Assembly (NCBI GenBank): GCA_032718475.1
Contig: JAUCBJ010008879.1
Coordinates: 1 to 37,532 of the forward strand
DNA: 37,532 nt
DNA from: Nemertoderma westbladi
Taxonomy: Eukaryota > Animalia > Xenacoelomorpha
Direction of reading: 5' to 3'
The notes under the pieces: generated by a model
Seen by the model: only the letters and a program-made list of their open reading frames with translations
What the model was told of the DNA's origin: nothing
Database searches by the model: none
Shown here: piece after piece, positions 1 through 11,800 of the stretch
How the letters are laid out: each line of letters begins with the position of its first letter
Position numbering within the stretch: position 1 is the first letter of the stretch
Position numbers and translations under genes: made by a program

Positions 1-1336
1 CCCGAAACCCAATGTTCTTGATATACCGAAGGTAAGAGAGAAGGGTTACAGATAAACGATTGTGACTTATGTTAAAGTGGTTTGAAGTGAATCTAATGTT
101 ATTTGATAGACCCTACATGAGTCAGTCTGTGTTCCTTTTATATGTGACTAAAATCAGTGAAGATTGGCAGATTAGTGTGCAGTATTGTGCAGCATAGTGT
201 ATGAGTGAGTCTGTTAAAGAAGCAATTCCTAAAGAATGCGCCATATATGTGGATTATAATTAAGCCATATCGTTGCGAGTAGTTTAAGTCATAACTCTGT
301 TTATGTAGATAAAGCGCCACGTCCTAAAGGAACTGTTAATATTACCGAAGGTGAATAATATTGTCAGAGATTATATAATACTGTCAGTCGAATAATACAT
401 TAGGCTTACATAGCAATACAAATTAAACCGTCGAACCCAATCTCCCGGGAATATCCAGCGGGTGAATGGTCGCGCACGGATTGGTTTCGACTAGTGTAGT
501 GAATCAAATACTTGTCATAGACTAAAAAGCAGATTTATTATCTAGAAGACATTCTAATTTGGCGGGTTAAACTGCCAAAGGTCTGAAAGCGCGAACAATT
601 ATACCACATGTTTATTACATAAGGGCTAACCTACCTACCTCTATTTCATGGGAGATGTCTCATGAGTGCTGATATATTGAACTCTGGTGGTGGTGGATGG
701 TCAGCTCAGGCTGCACTGCACAGCATACGGCAGTGGGCAGTTGGCGCCCCCCTGCCTGCAGTGGTTAATTAGGCTCCCATTTCCAAGTAACAACTCAATA
801 TTTTACAGACTTCTACTAGAGAAAGGCTTGGCATTATTGGGTAATGAAATGAATGAGGCGGGCATAGAACAGGGTGTAGAGATGGAGCATGTCTCCATCT
901 ACATGTCTTCTTTGGACACAGGCCTGTGTGTGCAGGGATAATGTGAATTGTATCTGGTCTGGCGGGCTGGCACTAATGTAAATTCAACACAGTTTGCCTT
1001 GCCGGACGCCTGAGGGGACTTTTTCCCAATGTGCTCTTAAACCAACTGTCAATGGCCAAGTACCAGCCAACGTTTACAACCCCCCCCCCCCCCCCCACCC
1101 CTCTTGGTTTAATGCTATGCTGACTCGGGCATGCCTTTAGCTATTGTTTTGATTTCGTTGCTTATATTTTTTATTATAAAAATTTAATACCTACTGTTCT
1201 ATTTTTCTATTTTTTTATCACATCAATATAATTTTCTACCCTGGGGGGGCCCGCAGGGGCCCAGATCGTCAAGGGGGCCCGGGAATTTTCCCGAACAGAT
1301 GTATGGCCACCACGCCACTGATTGGATGGTAATACA

Positions 1337-2290
1337 TAGTGCTGCGAACTGAAATAAAATGATTTGTTTCGGTTTCAGTTCCAGTTTTAGTTTTAATAAA
1401 CACGTTCATTTTAGTTCAAGTTTCAGTTCCAAAAAAATAATTTCAGTTTTAGTTCATGTTTCAGTTCTAATAAACCTATTTATTTCAGTTCCAGTTCCAG
1501 TTCCCAAAAAAATATATAGTTTCAGTTCTATTTTCAGAAAGTTTTGCAAGTGTCTTGTTTACATACCGGTACATAACAAGCTGCCGTGGCCAATCGTGTG
1601 GTACCCAGTGATGGATCCGACTACCATTTATTAAATTTTTAATGAAAATAACCGGAATTTTTAGCTGCAAAAAGGTAATTGTTAGGTTTACAATTACGTA
1701 TTACTTGAAAATAAAATATATATTTGAGTACGGTAATTCAATTCCGAAAGGTGCTAAAATGGGTGCCAGGAACCCATCTCGAAAACTACTGGAGTTATTA
1801 AAATTTTTATTTGCATCATCTGAAAGAGGACCTAATTAAGTTAGGGCCAAGTACTTCCGACGTGCAAGACCTATTGTTTTATAGATTCTAACTAAGATAG
1901 ACCTATTTAACTGGCCCACTAAATTTAAGAACTTTGCAGCGATTTGGCTGTTCGTTTCTATAGTAGTAGGTCTTGCAACACAATAAAGCAAATTACATTT
2001 ATTTATTAAAGATTGAAATAGTATTTATTATGAACACTAAAAACGCGAATTTTAAATTTGTTTTTATTCCCAATTTATAGATCATACTTTCAGTTTTAAA
2101 TTTCTGGCAATTCAGTTCTAGTTCCAGTTCCAGTATTCCAAGATAACAAGTTTCAGTTCTAGTTTCAGTTTCAGTTTTAAAAAAATGAATGTTTCAGTTC
2201 TAGTTTCAGTTCCAGTTCACAAAAATTGCCAAAAACAATTTCAGTTCGATTTCAGTTCCAGTTCAATTTCAGTTTCAGTTCGCAGCACTA
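1337..2290. mobile_element. Non-autonomous hAT-type DNA transposon (MITE), 954 bp
   Basis: Perfect TIRs TAGTGCTGCGAACTGAAA (1337) / TTTCAGTTCGCAGCACTA (ends 2290); exact 8-bp TSD GTAATACA at 1329-1336 and 2291-2298; subterminal TTCAGT-type hexamer repeats at both ends. An 8-bp TSD with TAG-starting TIRs is typical of hAT. Confidence 0.9.
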
Positions 2291-2807
2291 GTAATACATA
2301 CATACACATATACAGTATACACATAACCACATCGTGTTTTTGAACGACTCAACTTTTCACAAGAACTACCCTGGCCTATTAATAGGCAGGTTCGTTATAA
2401 AAAAATTATAATAAATGAATTCTATATTACTGTAGGCCTACACACATATACTGTACATATTAATTCTATATCACACATATATACATATTAATTCAATTTA
2501 CACACATATACATTTATACATATTAATTTTCCAATCCTAAACAAATATGTCCAACCATAAGATAGTGGCAAATCGCATCCGTATATTGGTTATTGCGAAA
2601 AACACAGTAGAATTCGCATCATCCCTTTTAACCACAAACAAACTACGTCCATTTAATGTAGATACCTATTTTATACCTATTTGTATCAACTAAATAAATA
2701 TCTACATAACAACCAATTATAAGCCAACTTATAATATATTCAGCTACTATGTAGACTGGTGGACTAGGCCCTATATATGAAGGCTGTGTTAATAGGGGCC
2801 CCCTATG

Positions 2808-3337
2808 TGGTCGGTGTTATGCAAAAGGTGTTAAGTGTTAAGAAAAGTGTTAAGTCACAAAAGTTCAATTTGAGATAATTGATGCAAAGTTTTTAACATC
2901 CTGTGTGTGATCGTTGTAGTATTATTCAGATACTGTTGTGTTTTTATAAGAAAACATTTATGAAAATTAAAGTATTTTTCATGTTAGTGTGCAGAATGTG
3001 GCTTATTAACACTTTTGGAAAACTTACAGTATATTTGGCAAAACGTTAAATTGTCAAAAGGTGTCATAATGTAGGCCTACTTGCAAAAAGATGTCAAGCC
3101 ACACAATTATTATGTGGATTAAATCTTTTTTGCAATATTATTTGTGGTTTAACACTCTTTGACTAAATCACAAATCCGGATTGTGGCTTAACTTTCTTGT
3201 ATTTTTAAGGCATTTCTTCGTGTTATTGTGCAATAGGATCTCATAATTAGGTAGATTACACTTTCCTCTATCGAATGATACCAAAAACTCAATTTCGACA
3301 AAATGTGGGATAACACCCTTTTGCATAACACCGTCCA
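2808..3337. mobile_element. Probable MITE with ~20-bp terminal inverted repeats, superfamily unassigned
   Basis: TGGTCGGTGTTATGCAAAAG at 2808-2827 is the reverse complement (1 mismatch) of CTTTTGCATAACACCGTCCA at 3318-3337; internal GTGTTAA/TTAACAC repeats; no clear TSD. Confidence 0.6.
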
Positions 3338-3537
3338 TGTGATACTTGCATGGATTTTATGGATGGAACTAGATACTCGGACAGAGTTACAGTACTTGCT
3401 GGTAGAGACTAGTAACAGAATGCAATAAATCGGTGACAATATTGAGTTGATGTGAGTCCGGTTGGTAATAACATTTTCGTGCGGCCAACAAAAGTGGGTT
3501 TCAACACATAAATGACCTATCTTACAGTAGTGTTAAA

Positions 3538-3927
3538 AGCTTGCCCCCCCCCCCCCCCCGCCCGCAACGCCACGGGGGACTGTAACCGGTCTGCAGTTCG
3601 CCAGTCAGCCGCTAGAGGGCGAATGTGCTAGAGGGCATGTTTGAATGTGTCAACCTTCTCCCATCTCCGTGACCTTTATCCGTTTAAGCTGAAATCTTGG
3701 CAGATATGTACTAGACCATCAGCTATGTCTTGCAAAGGAGGCTAATCCGTCTGGAAACTCCAGTCTACCGCAAGTAAGAGTGTGAAATGTCTGAAGGTAT
3801 AAACCACCTCCGTCATTTTAATCCGTTTAAGCTTAAACTTGGCATATGTACAAGAAAATCAACAGCACCTTTGAGCGACGCTGCTCAATCTTTACTTCTA
3901 AAGTTTATGGCTAGAGGGCGAACTAGT
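3538..3927 (+). mobile_element. Possible Helitron/Helentron-like non-autonomous element
   Basis: Imperfect subterminal inverted motifs AGCTTGCCC / GGGCGAACT; ends in CTAGT; hairpin TTGAGC-gacgct-GCTCAA near 3870-3887; internal duplicated core ATCCGTTTAAGCT-AAA-CTTGGCA (~3679 and ~3821); GCTAGAGGGC occurs three times. Confidence 0.4.
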
Positions 3928-5515
3928 TAGTAGCTTTGTTACTTGCAATTAAATTAACGCTAATTAAGTTTTTTAACGCTAATTAATTAATTAAGTTAAT
4001 TAAATTAACAAATTAACGCAAACTGAACAATTCACTCATTGCTATTTTGGGGAAGGCGGTTTTCATATATCTAATGCCGATTTGTACACTTTCTTATATA
4101 GGCTCTCGTGCTGCGCGAAGGCCCCACAACGTGTTAGCAGCTTGCCATAAAATTAACATAAATATAATTAACCAACAAATGAAAATTCTTATTACAATTA
4201 TTATTAGCCCATCAAATATCATTTAGAAGCACTAAAATAAACAAAAATAAAGAGATAGAGACTCCTACATGGATCGATCGCCCAAAGTAAAATCAGACTT
4301 TAGGTTTAAAAATATTCACTCGGAACTTTAAACATTGATATAAACAACTGGTTGGACATAGTGTATGTTATGTAGCATTTTATACTTAGGTTATTTACGT
4401 ATTTCCTAGTGATTTACGTATTTCCTTGCTCCTTTCCCTTAATTAACAATTTAACATTGAAGCGAGATATTAATTCGTCGAGATGGTATTTGCGATTCTT
4501 AGTACAAGAAAGGAAGTACGTAGAGGTAAGTAGTGTAATCAATTCTAGAATACACAATCGCCACATTGAAACATGGGACATTACTAGCAATATAAAGTTC
4601 CATAAATCATAAAAAGTGAACTTATTAACCTATAAACCAGATTAAGGTCCAACACACAACAACAATCAATTATTGGATTACAAAATCAACTACACTGTGA
4701 GGTAAGCACTGGATAATCATATTTATTGCACCACAAACCCGTGAATAAAAGTATGAAATGGACGACGAATAAGAAAAAAACAGAGTTTAAATCACAAAAA
4801 TTGGACATACAGCAGGACAACGATACCGGTACGCTGGTCATATATTATTTGTAGGACTACCTGAATGTATTGTATATGTTCTATTGCAAAGTTCTGTCAT
4901 TCGTCACGAAATTAGCCCGTGAACAATAGCAGATTTTCACTTTTCAGTCGAAAATGTACTGGATTTTTATATATTAATAATTTTGATTTTTTTTAAATTT
5001 TCCCTTCTTAAGTATTTTACAGCGCTTATTTCTGTCTGTATAACCTGTACAGACTGATACTAATCGTTTATTATTTTGGTTACTTCATATTTAATTTCCT
5101 TCAATCAATATAAAACGTATCCAATACAGATACATCATAATATAGGAAATGGTGTATTATCTTTTGACGCTGGTTGATTTCTAATAGCGGGTGCCAGTGG
5201 TCACAATCAGCCCTTCTGTAATCTGGGTTTTCTGTAATCTGTATTCTTCACATGGGGATAAACTGCAATGTGAAATATAACAGAAGAAAAACTGATATAC
5301 TTCACATGGGCCACGAAATTAGGTTGTGGTCTCAATTAGGAATGAAAAAAATAATATAATATACAATGAAATAAAGTAAAGATTGAAAACCTCTCACAGA
5401 TTTTTGTAATTTTTAGCCAAAAGTTTAATACAATATAAAAATAAATTTCAGTCACGAGAAAAAATTAAATTCAGGTTATTGATTGGTTTTAAGTTTTTGA
5501 ATTCAATTCTACTAT

Positions 5516-7144
5516 TTATTGAAACTCATTCAAATTCTTCGGTTTATGAATCCAAGGTCCGTAACCTTTACTTCTCATATGTTCCTCAAATTCCTCCTTA
5601 GCTTTATTATAGGCGGTACATTGAGCCTTTACTTCCCGGTAGGTGCGACACTGAACAACAGATGGCACCCCACCTCGAGGCAGCACCTCCCAGAAGCGAC
5701 AGAACAACGCGGCGGCGCTCAACCTACTCCCCGGGGTGTCCCCGGTACCGCAGTACGGAGACAGCTGGTGTCTCCTACCGGTCTCCGGATCTACAATCTC
5801 CGTCTCAACGTCCCCCATCGTCCAGTTGATACTGAAACGCGAACTGCACGGGATATCTAGGTCGCAACACTCGGAACGCCTGCCCAGGATGTTGTAGGAC
5901 AGATTGTAACCCGCGGGTAGACGATTCACAAAGTCCGTATCCACGCGGCAGCACAGAGCGCGGGCTAAGTGACCGTGGTCGTAACGGGACCCCAATGTAA
6001 CTGAATGGAGGTAGACCGGCTGCAGTACTAGACTTAGTAACGCGCCTTGGACACCAACGATGTTCCACAGAAGGAGTTTATCGCTGTCGGACATTCGATA
6101 ATCATTTCCGACGACTCTACGGGACTCACGAACTTGATTACCGCCAATCTTGACGGTGAGCGGCCCGCCGACAGAGAAATCGGCATGCATCTCGCCGCTA
6201 TCCATTAGGTCGATGTCATCTCGACTAAGAGGACCATCTACGGCGGAATGCAGCGGAATAAACCTGTCAGCATCACCCTGCGGGCAAACATTAGTAAACA
6301 GGTGGAATAGAACATCTTCCTTTAATGAAAGCAACTTACCCTCAGAGGTTCTCTCGAAGATGCTATTCTTATTGTCATAAAACTTATCTAATTCGTCGTA
6401 TAAGAATCGTATAAACGATCTGCGAGCGATAACTATAGCGGAAAGATCGATTAAAGCGCTGCCATTGGTTGTTGTCATAGCAGCAGGTGAAGATGGTCCG
6501 TTTCCGGTACCAATAGCGACTACTTCCGGGCCCCTGGAGGAGCCTCTCTTCATTAGAATAATAGCATAAACCGGAGACATAAGAGTGGACAAATCTTCTG
6601 GGATCGAATAGTTGCCTAGCTCGAACATAGCCGTGTCTGCCATCTTACCAAGCTCATCGCATTCGCTTTCCTCTACATATTGTTTATCTAATAATGGAGG
6701 GGGCGGTCTTGGGGCCACTGGGTAGCTGGCGACCACTCTAGGAGCGGCACGAGGAAGTTCCGCGTTGGCGAGTGGCAATTCCTGATAGATTTTGTCGTGG
6801 TAAAGCGCCTCGCCTTGTTGTATACCGAGGAGGGATTCCATTGCGTGCACAGCTGCCAGCCGCTTAGCCTCCTTCTTATTAAGCGCCGAGCCCTGTCTAT
6901 ATCGCTGCTCACCTACCACAGCACTAAAAGCAAACATTCCGAAAGAAGAACCTTCCCCTTGGAACGATTCCGTTACATAAGCGAGAGTAAATCGCATTTT
7001 CTGGCAGTACTCGTGCAGACACGCCACTGCGTTCTTTTCGTTCGATTTGAATTTCGCAATAAATTCCGCGTTTATGCCACCGACTGCTGGGCGTTTCGCA
7101 TTAGCGTACGTATCTTCCGTGCAGATTGCAACCGGGGTGCACAT
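5516..7144 (-). CDS. ADAD1: Adenosine deaminase domain-containing protein (ADAD1/TENR-like; dsRBD + inactive ADAR-type deaminase domain), 542 aa, intronless CDS
   Basis: N-terminal dsRBD (NAVACLHEYCQK...FAFSAVVG...NKKEAKRLAA) preceded by EFIAKFKSNEKN, as recalled for ADAD1. Deaminase motifs: VVAIGTGN, IARRSFIRFLY, SDKLLLWNIVGVQGALLS, PVYLHSVTLG, SINW, SRL, YxxxK, WIHKP. Start context CCACCATG with an in-frame TGA just upstream. Orthology to ADAD1 versus ADAD2 is not tested. Confidence 0.88.
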   Translation of the reverse strand: MCTPVAICTEDTYANAKRPAVGGINAEFIAKFKSNEKNAVACLHEYCQKMRFTLAYVTESFQGEGSSFGMFAFSAVVGEQRYRQGSALNKKEAKRLAAVHAMESLLGIQQGEALYHDKIYQELPLANAELPRAAPRVVASYPVAPRPPPPLLDKQYVEESECDELGKMADTAMFELGNYSIPEDLSTLMSPVYAIILMKRGSSRGPEVVAIGTGNGPSSPAAMTTTNGSALIDLSAIVIARRSFIRFLYDELDKFYDNKNSIFERTSEGKLLSLKEDVLFHLFTNVCPQGDADRFIPLHSAVDGPLSRDDIDLMDSGEMHADFSVGGPLTVKIGGNQVRESRRVVGNDYRMSDSDKLLLWNIVGVQGALLSLVLQPVYLHSVTLGSRYDHGHLARALCCRVDTDFVNRLPAGYNLSYNILGRRSECCDLDIPCSSRFSINWTMGDVETEIVDPETGRRHQLSPYCGTGDTPGSRLSAAALFCRFWEVLPRGGVPSVVQCRTYREVKAQCTAYNKAKEEFEEHMRSKGYGPWIHKPKNLNEFQ

Positions 7145-7978
7145 GGTGGAAACTCACAACTGTCTGACAGTAGTTGGAAGTAATACGTAATTACGTAATT
7201 ACGAAGGCCTTCGATGCAATTAATAGCTATCAATACCGATAATGAATGAATACTGAAAAGGCCCAAAGGTTCCGGTTACCGGAAATGCGGTTAGCAAGGT
7301 ACCGGTACTGTTTACTGACTGACTGCTAGTTAGTTGCATATGGAAGTTCTAGGCTATCTGACATTCTAGGCTATCGGACATCTGATAAGTAAGCGGTAAC
7401 TGGTGGTGCTTAGATCGTATATTTGAACGTTTAATCAGTTAATAGATGCCACTACATGTGGGATGTGGGATGTCTCTTTCTCCTGCATAAAATTATCTTT
7501 TAAAGTTACAGTAAGTCGATGCATCAAACGTTGAATTGTCATTGTAGACAGAATCACATTGAGGTTTTCCTTGCAAAGTTTCCTAATATAGTCATACGAA
7601 TAGCCGTGATTAAAATCATTTCCTTATGATAATTACATTTAAATTACGAAATTAAATCACGAAAATTACATAACAAAAAAACGTTGAAAAAAATGTTGAA
7701 TCAGCAATTCAACATTGGGCTAGTTCATTATACATTTATAATAATTACAACATGTAAACAGTTGTTAAAAATAAAAATGATAAAAATACTTTCGAAAAGA
7801 ATGAAAAAATACTTAAATATTCGAAAAAGTAGTAAATGGCCGGAAATCACCACCGTATACTATAGACAGCAACCAATGTTATTCCTAATTAACACTTTAA
7901 GGGGACCAGCCCTCCGTCAAAATTCCATGTAATTCACTATTAACACAAAGGTACATTTATCTCGAGATTGGCCAAACG

Positions 7979-8036
7979 GACAGGGGCGGAGTACAGAGAG
8001 TTACAGAGAGTACATGAACTTCCGTTGGGTGACAGG
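7979..8036 (+). repeat. Orphan diverged copy of the 42-bp minisatellite unit
   Basis: GACAGGGGCGGAGTACAGAGAG-ttacagagagtacat-GAACTTCCGTTGGGTGACAGG matches the array unit with an internal duplication and substitutions. Confidence 0.9.
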
Positions 8037-8878
8037 CAGGGTCGAATTTAGAGTTGTCGGTGGCCTGGGGCCGGGTCAGTGGTGGGGGGCCTGGGTCTGG
8101 TCTCTACTGTATGGGGTTTGCACATACGGCGCCGAGCACTTCTCACAGACTATACAATACAACTCAATATAAGTCACATTTTCTCTCGTTTTCATTACCC
8201 CAACTTTTCAATCTATTTATTGCAAAATATCCTTCAAAGAAACCTGAATGTAGATGTAAATATATTAGTAGGGATGTGAGTCATGAAATGTTTGGAAATT
8301 TCCGTAAATTTCCTATACATTTTTCTGGAAATTTCCTATACATTTTCCGGAAATTTCCTATTTTATTAATTACTTTATTTAGCACATTCTGAAAACATAT
8401 AGTAAAACACAAGTAAACACAACTAGAAACAACTGCTTACTCTAACTGCTAACAAGTGGTTCGTTGTCTTGTCTCTTGTGGTTGTAACTACGGATGAAGT
8501 ATACTTTTCCGGAAATTTCCTTTTCAGGAAAACTCACATCCCTATATATTAGACGTGGAAAGTATAAATTTGAAGCATGTTCCTGTTTATATCAGTACAA
8601 AAATATCTGACCAAAAAATGCAAGAATCGAAAGTGAAAAAAGTATAATTTCATAAGATACAAAAATATTTACTGTTTTTCACACGAACTTTTTGTTTTTG
8701 TTTTTAATTTATTTTGGGAAAAATAAGTGGCAAAATTCAAAATTGCTATGTTCTGTTTCAGTTCGGTTCCGGTTCGGCTCCTCTATAGTTCGGTCAATCG
8801 GTATAGTTGTGGGATCGTGGTGGGGGGACTGGGGCCTCGGCCACTTCCCCCCCCCCCCCCCCCATAAATACGGCCCTG
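8037..8878. mobile_element. hAT-type MITE (842 bp) inserted into a minisatellite unit
   Basis: TIRs CAGGGTCGAATTTA (8037-8050) / TAAATACGGCCCTG (8865-8878), 12/14 match; exact 8-bp TSD GTGACAGG at 8029-8036 and 8879-8886; GGGGCC subterminal motifs. Confidence 0.88.
8269..8544. mobile_element. Nested hAT-type MITE (276 bp)
   Basis: Perfect 13-bp TIRs TAGGGATGTGAGT / ACTCACATCCCTA; exact 8-bp TSD TATATTAG at 8261-8268 and 8545-8552; repeated palindromic GGAAATTTCC motifs. Confidence 0.9.
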
Positions 8879-11800
8879 GTGACAGGGGCGGAGTACAGAG
8901 AGTGTGAGAACTTCAGCTGGGTGACAGGGGCGGAGTACAGAGAGTGTGAGAACTTCAGCTGGGTGACAGGGGCGGAGTACAGAGAGAGTGAGAACTTCCG
9001 CTGGGAGACAGGGGCGGAGTACAGAGAGTGTGAGAACTTCAGCTGGGTGACAGGGGCGGAGTACAGAGAGTGTGAGAACTTCAGCTGGGTGACAGGGGCG
9101 GAGTACAGAGAGAGTGAGAACTTCCGCTGGGAGACAGGGGCGGAGTACAGAGAGTGTGAGAACTTCAGCTGGGTGACAGGGGCGGAGTACAGAGAGAGTG
9201 AGAACTTCCGCTGGGAGACAGGGGCGGAGTACAGAGAGTGTGAGAACTTCAGCTGGGTGACAGGGGCGGAGTACAGAGAGTGTGAGAACTTCCGCTAGGT
9301 GACACGGGCGGAGTACAGAGAGTGTGAGAACTTCCGCTGGGTGACAGGGGCGGAGTACAGAGAGTGTGAGAACTTCCGCTGGGTGACAGGGGCGGAGTAC
9401 AGAGAGTGTGAGAACTACCGCTGGGTGACAGGGGCGGAGTACAGAGAGTGTGAGAACTTCCGCTAGGTGACACGGGCGGAGTACAGAGAGTGTGAGAACT
9501 TCCGCTGGGTGACAGGGGCGGAGTACAGAGAGTGTGAGAACTTCCGCTGGGTGACAGGGGCGGAGTACAGAGAGTGTGAGAACTTCCGCTGGGTGACAGG
9601 GGCGGAGTACAGAGAGTGTGAGAACTTCAGCTGGGTGACAGGGGCGGAGTACAGAGAGTGTGAGAACTTCAGCTGGGTGACAGGGGCGGAGTACAGAGAG
9701 TGTGAGAACTTCAGCTGGGTGACAGGGGCGGAGTGCAGAGAGTGTGAGAACTTCAGCTGGGTGACAGGGGCGGAGTACAGAGAGTGTGAGAACTTCCGCT
9801 GGGTGACAGGGGCGGAGTACAGAGAGTGTGAGAACTTCCGCTAGGTGACAGGGGCGGAGTACAGAGAGTGTTAGAACTTCCGCTGGGAGACAGGGGCGGA
9901 GTACAGAGAGTGTGAGAACTTCAGCTGGGTGACAGGGGCGGAGTACAGAGAGTGTGAGAACTTCCGCTGGGTGACACGGGCGGAGTACAGAGAGTGTGGG
10001 AACTTCAGCTGGGTGACAGGGGCGGAGTACAGAGAGTGTGAGAACTTCAGCTGGGTGACAGGGGCGGAGTACAGTGTGAGAACTTCCGCTGGGAGACAGG
10101 GGCGGAGTACAGAGAGTGTGAGAACTTCCGCTAGGTGACACGGGCGGAGTACAGAGAGTGTGAGAACTTCCGCTAGGTGACAGGGGCGGAGTACAGAGAG
10201 TGTGAGAACTTCAGCTGGGTGACAGGGGCGGAGTACAGAGAGTGTGGGAACTTCAGCTGGGTGACAGGGGCGGAGTACAGAGAGTGTGAGAACTTCCGCT
10301 AGGTGACAGGGGCGGAGTACAGAGAGTGTGAGAACTTCCGCTAGGTGACAGGGGCGGAGTACAGAGAGTGTGAGAACTTCAGCTGGGTGACAGGGGCGGA
10401 GTACAGAGAGAGTGAGAACTTCCGCTGGGAGACAGGGGCGGAGTACAGAGAGTGTGAGAACTTCAGCTGGGTGACAGGGGCGGAGTACAGAGAGTGTGAG
10501 AACTTCCGCTAGGTGACACGGGCGGAGTACAGAGAGTGTGAGAACTTCCGCTGGGTGACAGGGGCGGAGTACAGAGAGTGTGAGAACTTCCGCTGGGTGA
10601 CAGGGGCGGAGTACAGAGAGTGTGAGAACTACCGCTGGGTGACAGGGGCGGAGTACAGAGAGTGTGAGAACTTCCGCTAGGTGACACGGGCGGAGTACAG
10701 AGAGTGTGAGAACTTCCGCTGGGTGACAGGGGCGGAGTACAGAGAGTGTGAGAACTTCCGCTGGGTGACAGGGGCGGAGTACAGAGAGTGTGAGAACTTC
10801 CGCTGGGTGACAGGGGCGGAGTACAGAGAGTGTGAGAACTTCAGCTGGGTGACAGGGGCGGAGTACAGAGAGTGTGAGAACTTCAGCTGGGTGACAGGGG
10901 CGGAGTACAGAGAGTGTGAGAACTTCAGCTGGGTGACAGGGGCGGAGTGCAGAGAGTGTGAGAACTTCAGCTGGGTGACAGGGGCGGAGTACAGAGAGTG
11001 TGAGAACTTCCGCTGGGTGACAGGGGCGGAGTACAGAGAGTGTGAGAACTTCCGCTAGGTGACAGGGGCGGAGTACAGAGAGTGTTAGAACTTCCGCTGG
11101 GAGACAGGGGCGGAGTACAGAGAGTGTGAGAACTTCAGCTGGGTGACAGGGGCGGAGTACAGAGAGTGTGAGAACTTCCGCTGGGTGACACGGGCGGAGT
11201 ACAGAGAGTGTGGGAACTTCAGCTGGGTGACAGGGGCGGAGTACAGAGAGTGTGAGAACTTCAGCTGGGTGACAGGGGCGGAGTACAGTGTGAGAACTTC
11301 CGCTGGGAGACAGGGGCGGAGTACAGAGAGTGTGAGAACTTCCGCTAGGTGACACGGGCGGAGTACAGAGAGTGTGAGAACTTCCGCTAGGTGACAGGGG
11401 CGGAGTACAGAGAGTGTGAGAACTTCAGCTGGGTGACAGGGGCGGAGTACAGAGAGTGTGGGAACTTCAGCTGGGTGACAGGGGCGGAGTACAGAGAGTG
11501 TGAGAACTTCCGCTAGGTGACAGGGGCGGAGTACAGAGAGTGTGAGAACTTCCGCTAGGTGACAGGGGCGGAGTACAGAGAGTGTGAGAACTTCCGCTGG
11601 GTGACAGGGGCGGAGTACAGAGAGTGTGAGAACTTCCGCTAGGTGACAGGGGCGGAGTACAGAGAGTGTTAGAACTTCCGCTGGGAGACAGGGGCGGAGT
11701 ACAGAGAGTGTGGGAACTTCAGCTGGGTGACAGGGGCGGAGTACAGAGAGTGTGAGAACTTCCGCTGGGTGACAGGGGCGGAGTACAGAGAGTGTGAGAA

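Noticed and set aside
1240-1320. hAT-like right end (GGGCCC motifs, CGCCACTG terminus)
   Set aside because: No matching left TIR or TSD found, so no complete element can be delimited.
1359-1839. Short ORFs (FSSSFSF-rich)
   Set aside because: Produced by hexamer repeats of the 1337-2290 MITE; no transposase similarity.
5516-7144. Active ADAR1/ADAR2 or ADAT1
   Set aside because: Zn ligands and catalytic Glu are absent, there is only one dsRBD and no Z-alpha domain; ADAT1 has no dsRBD.
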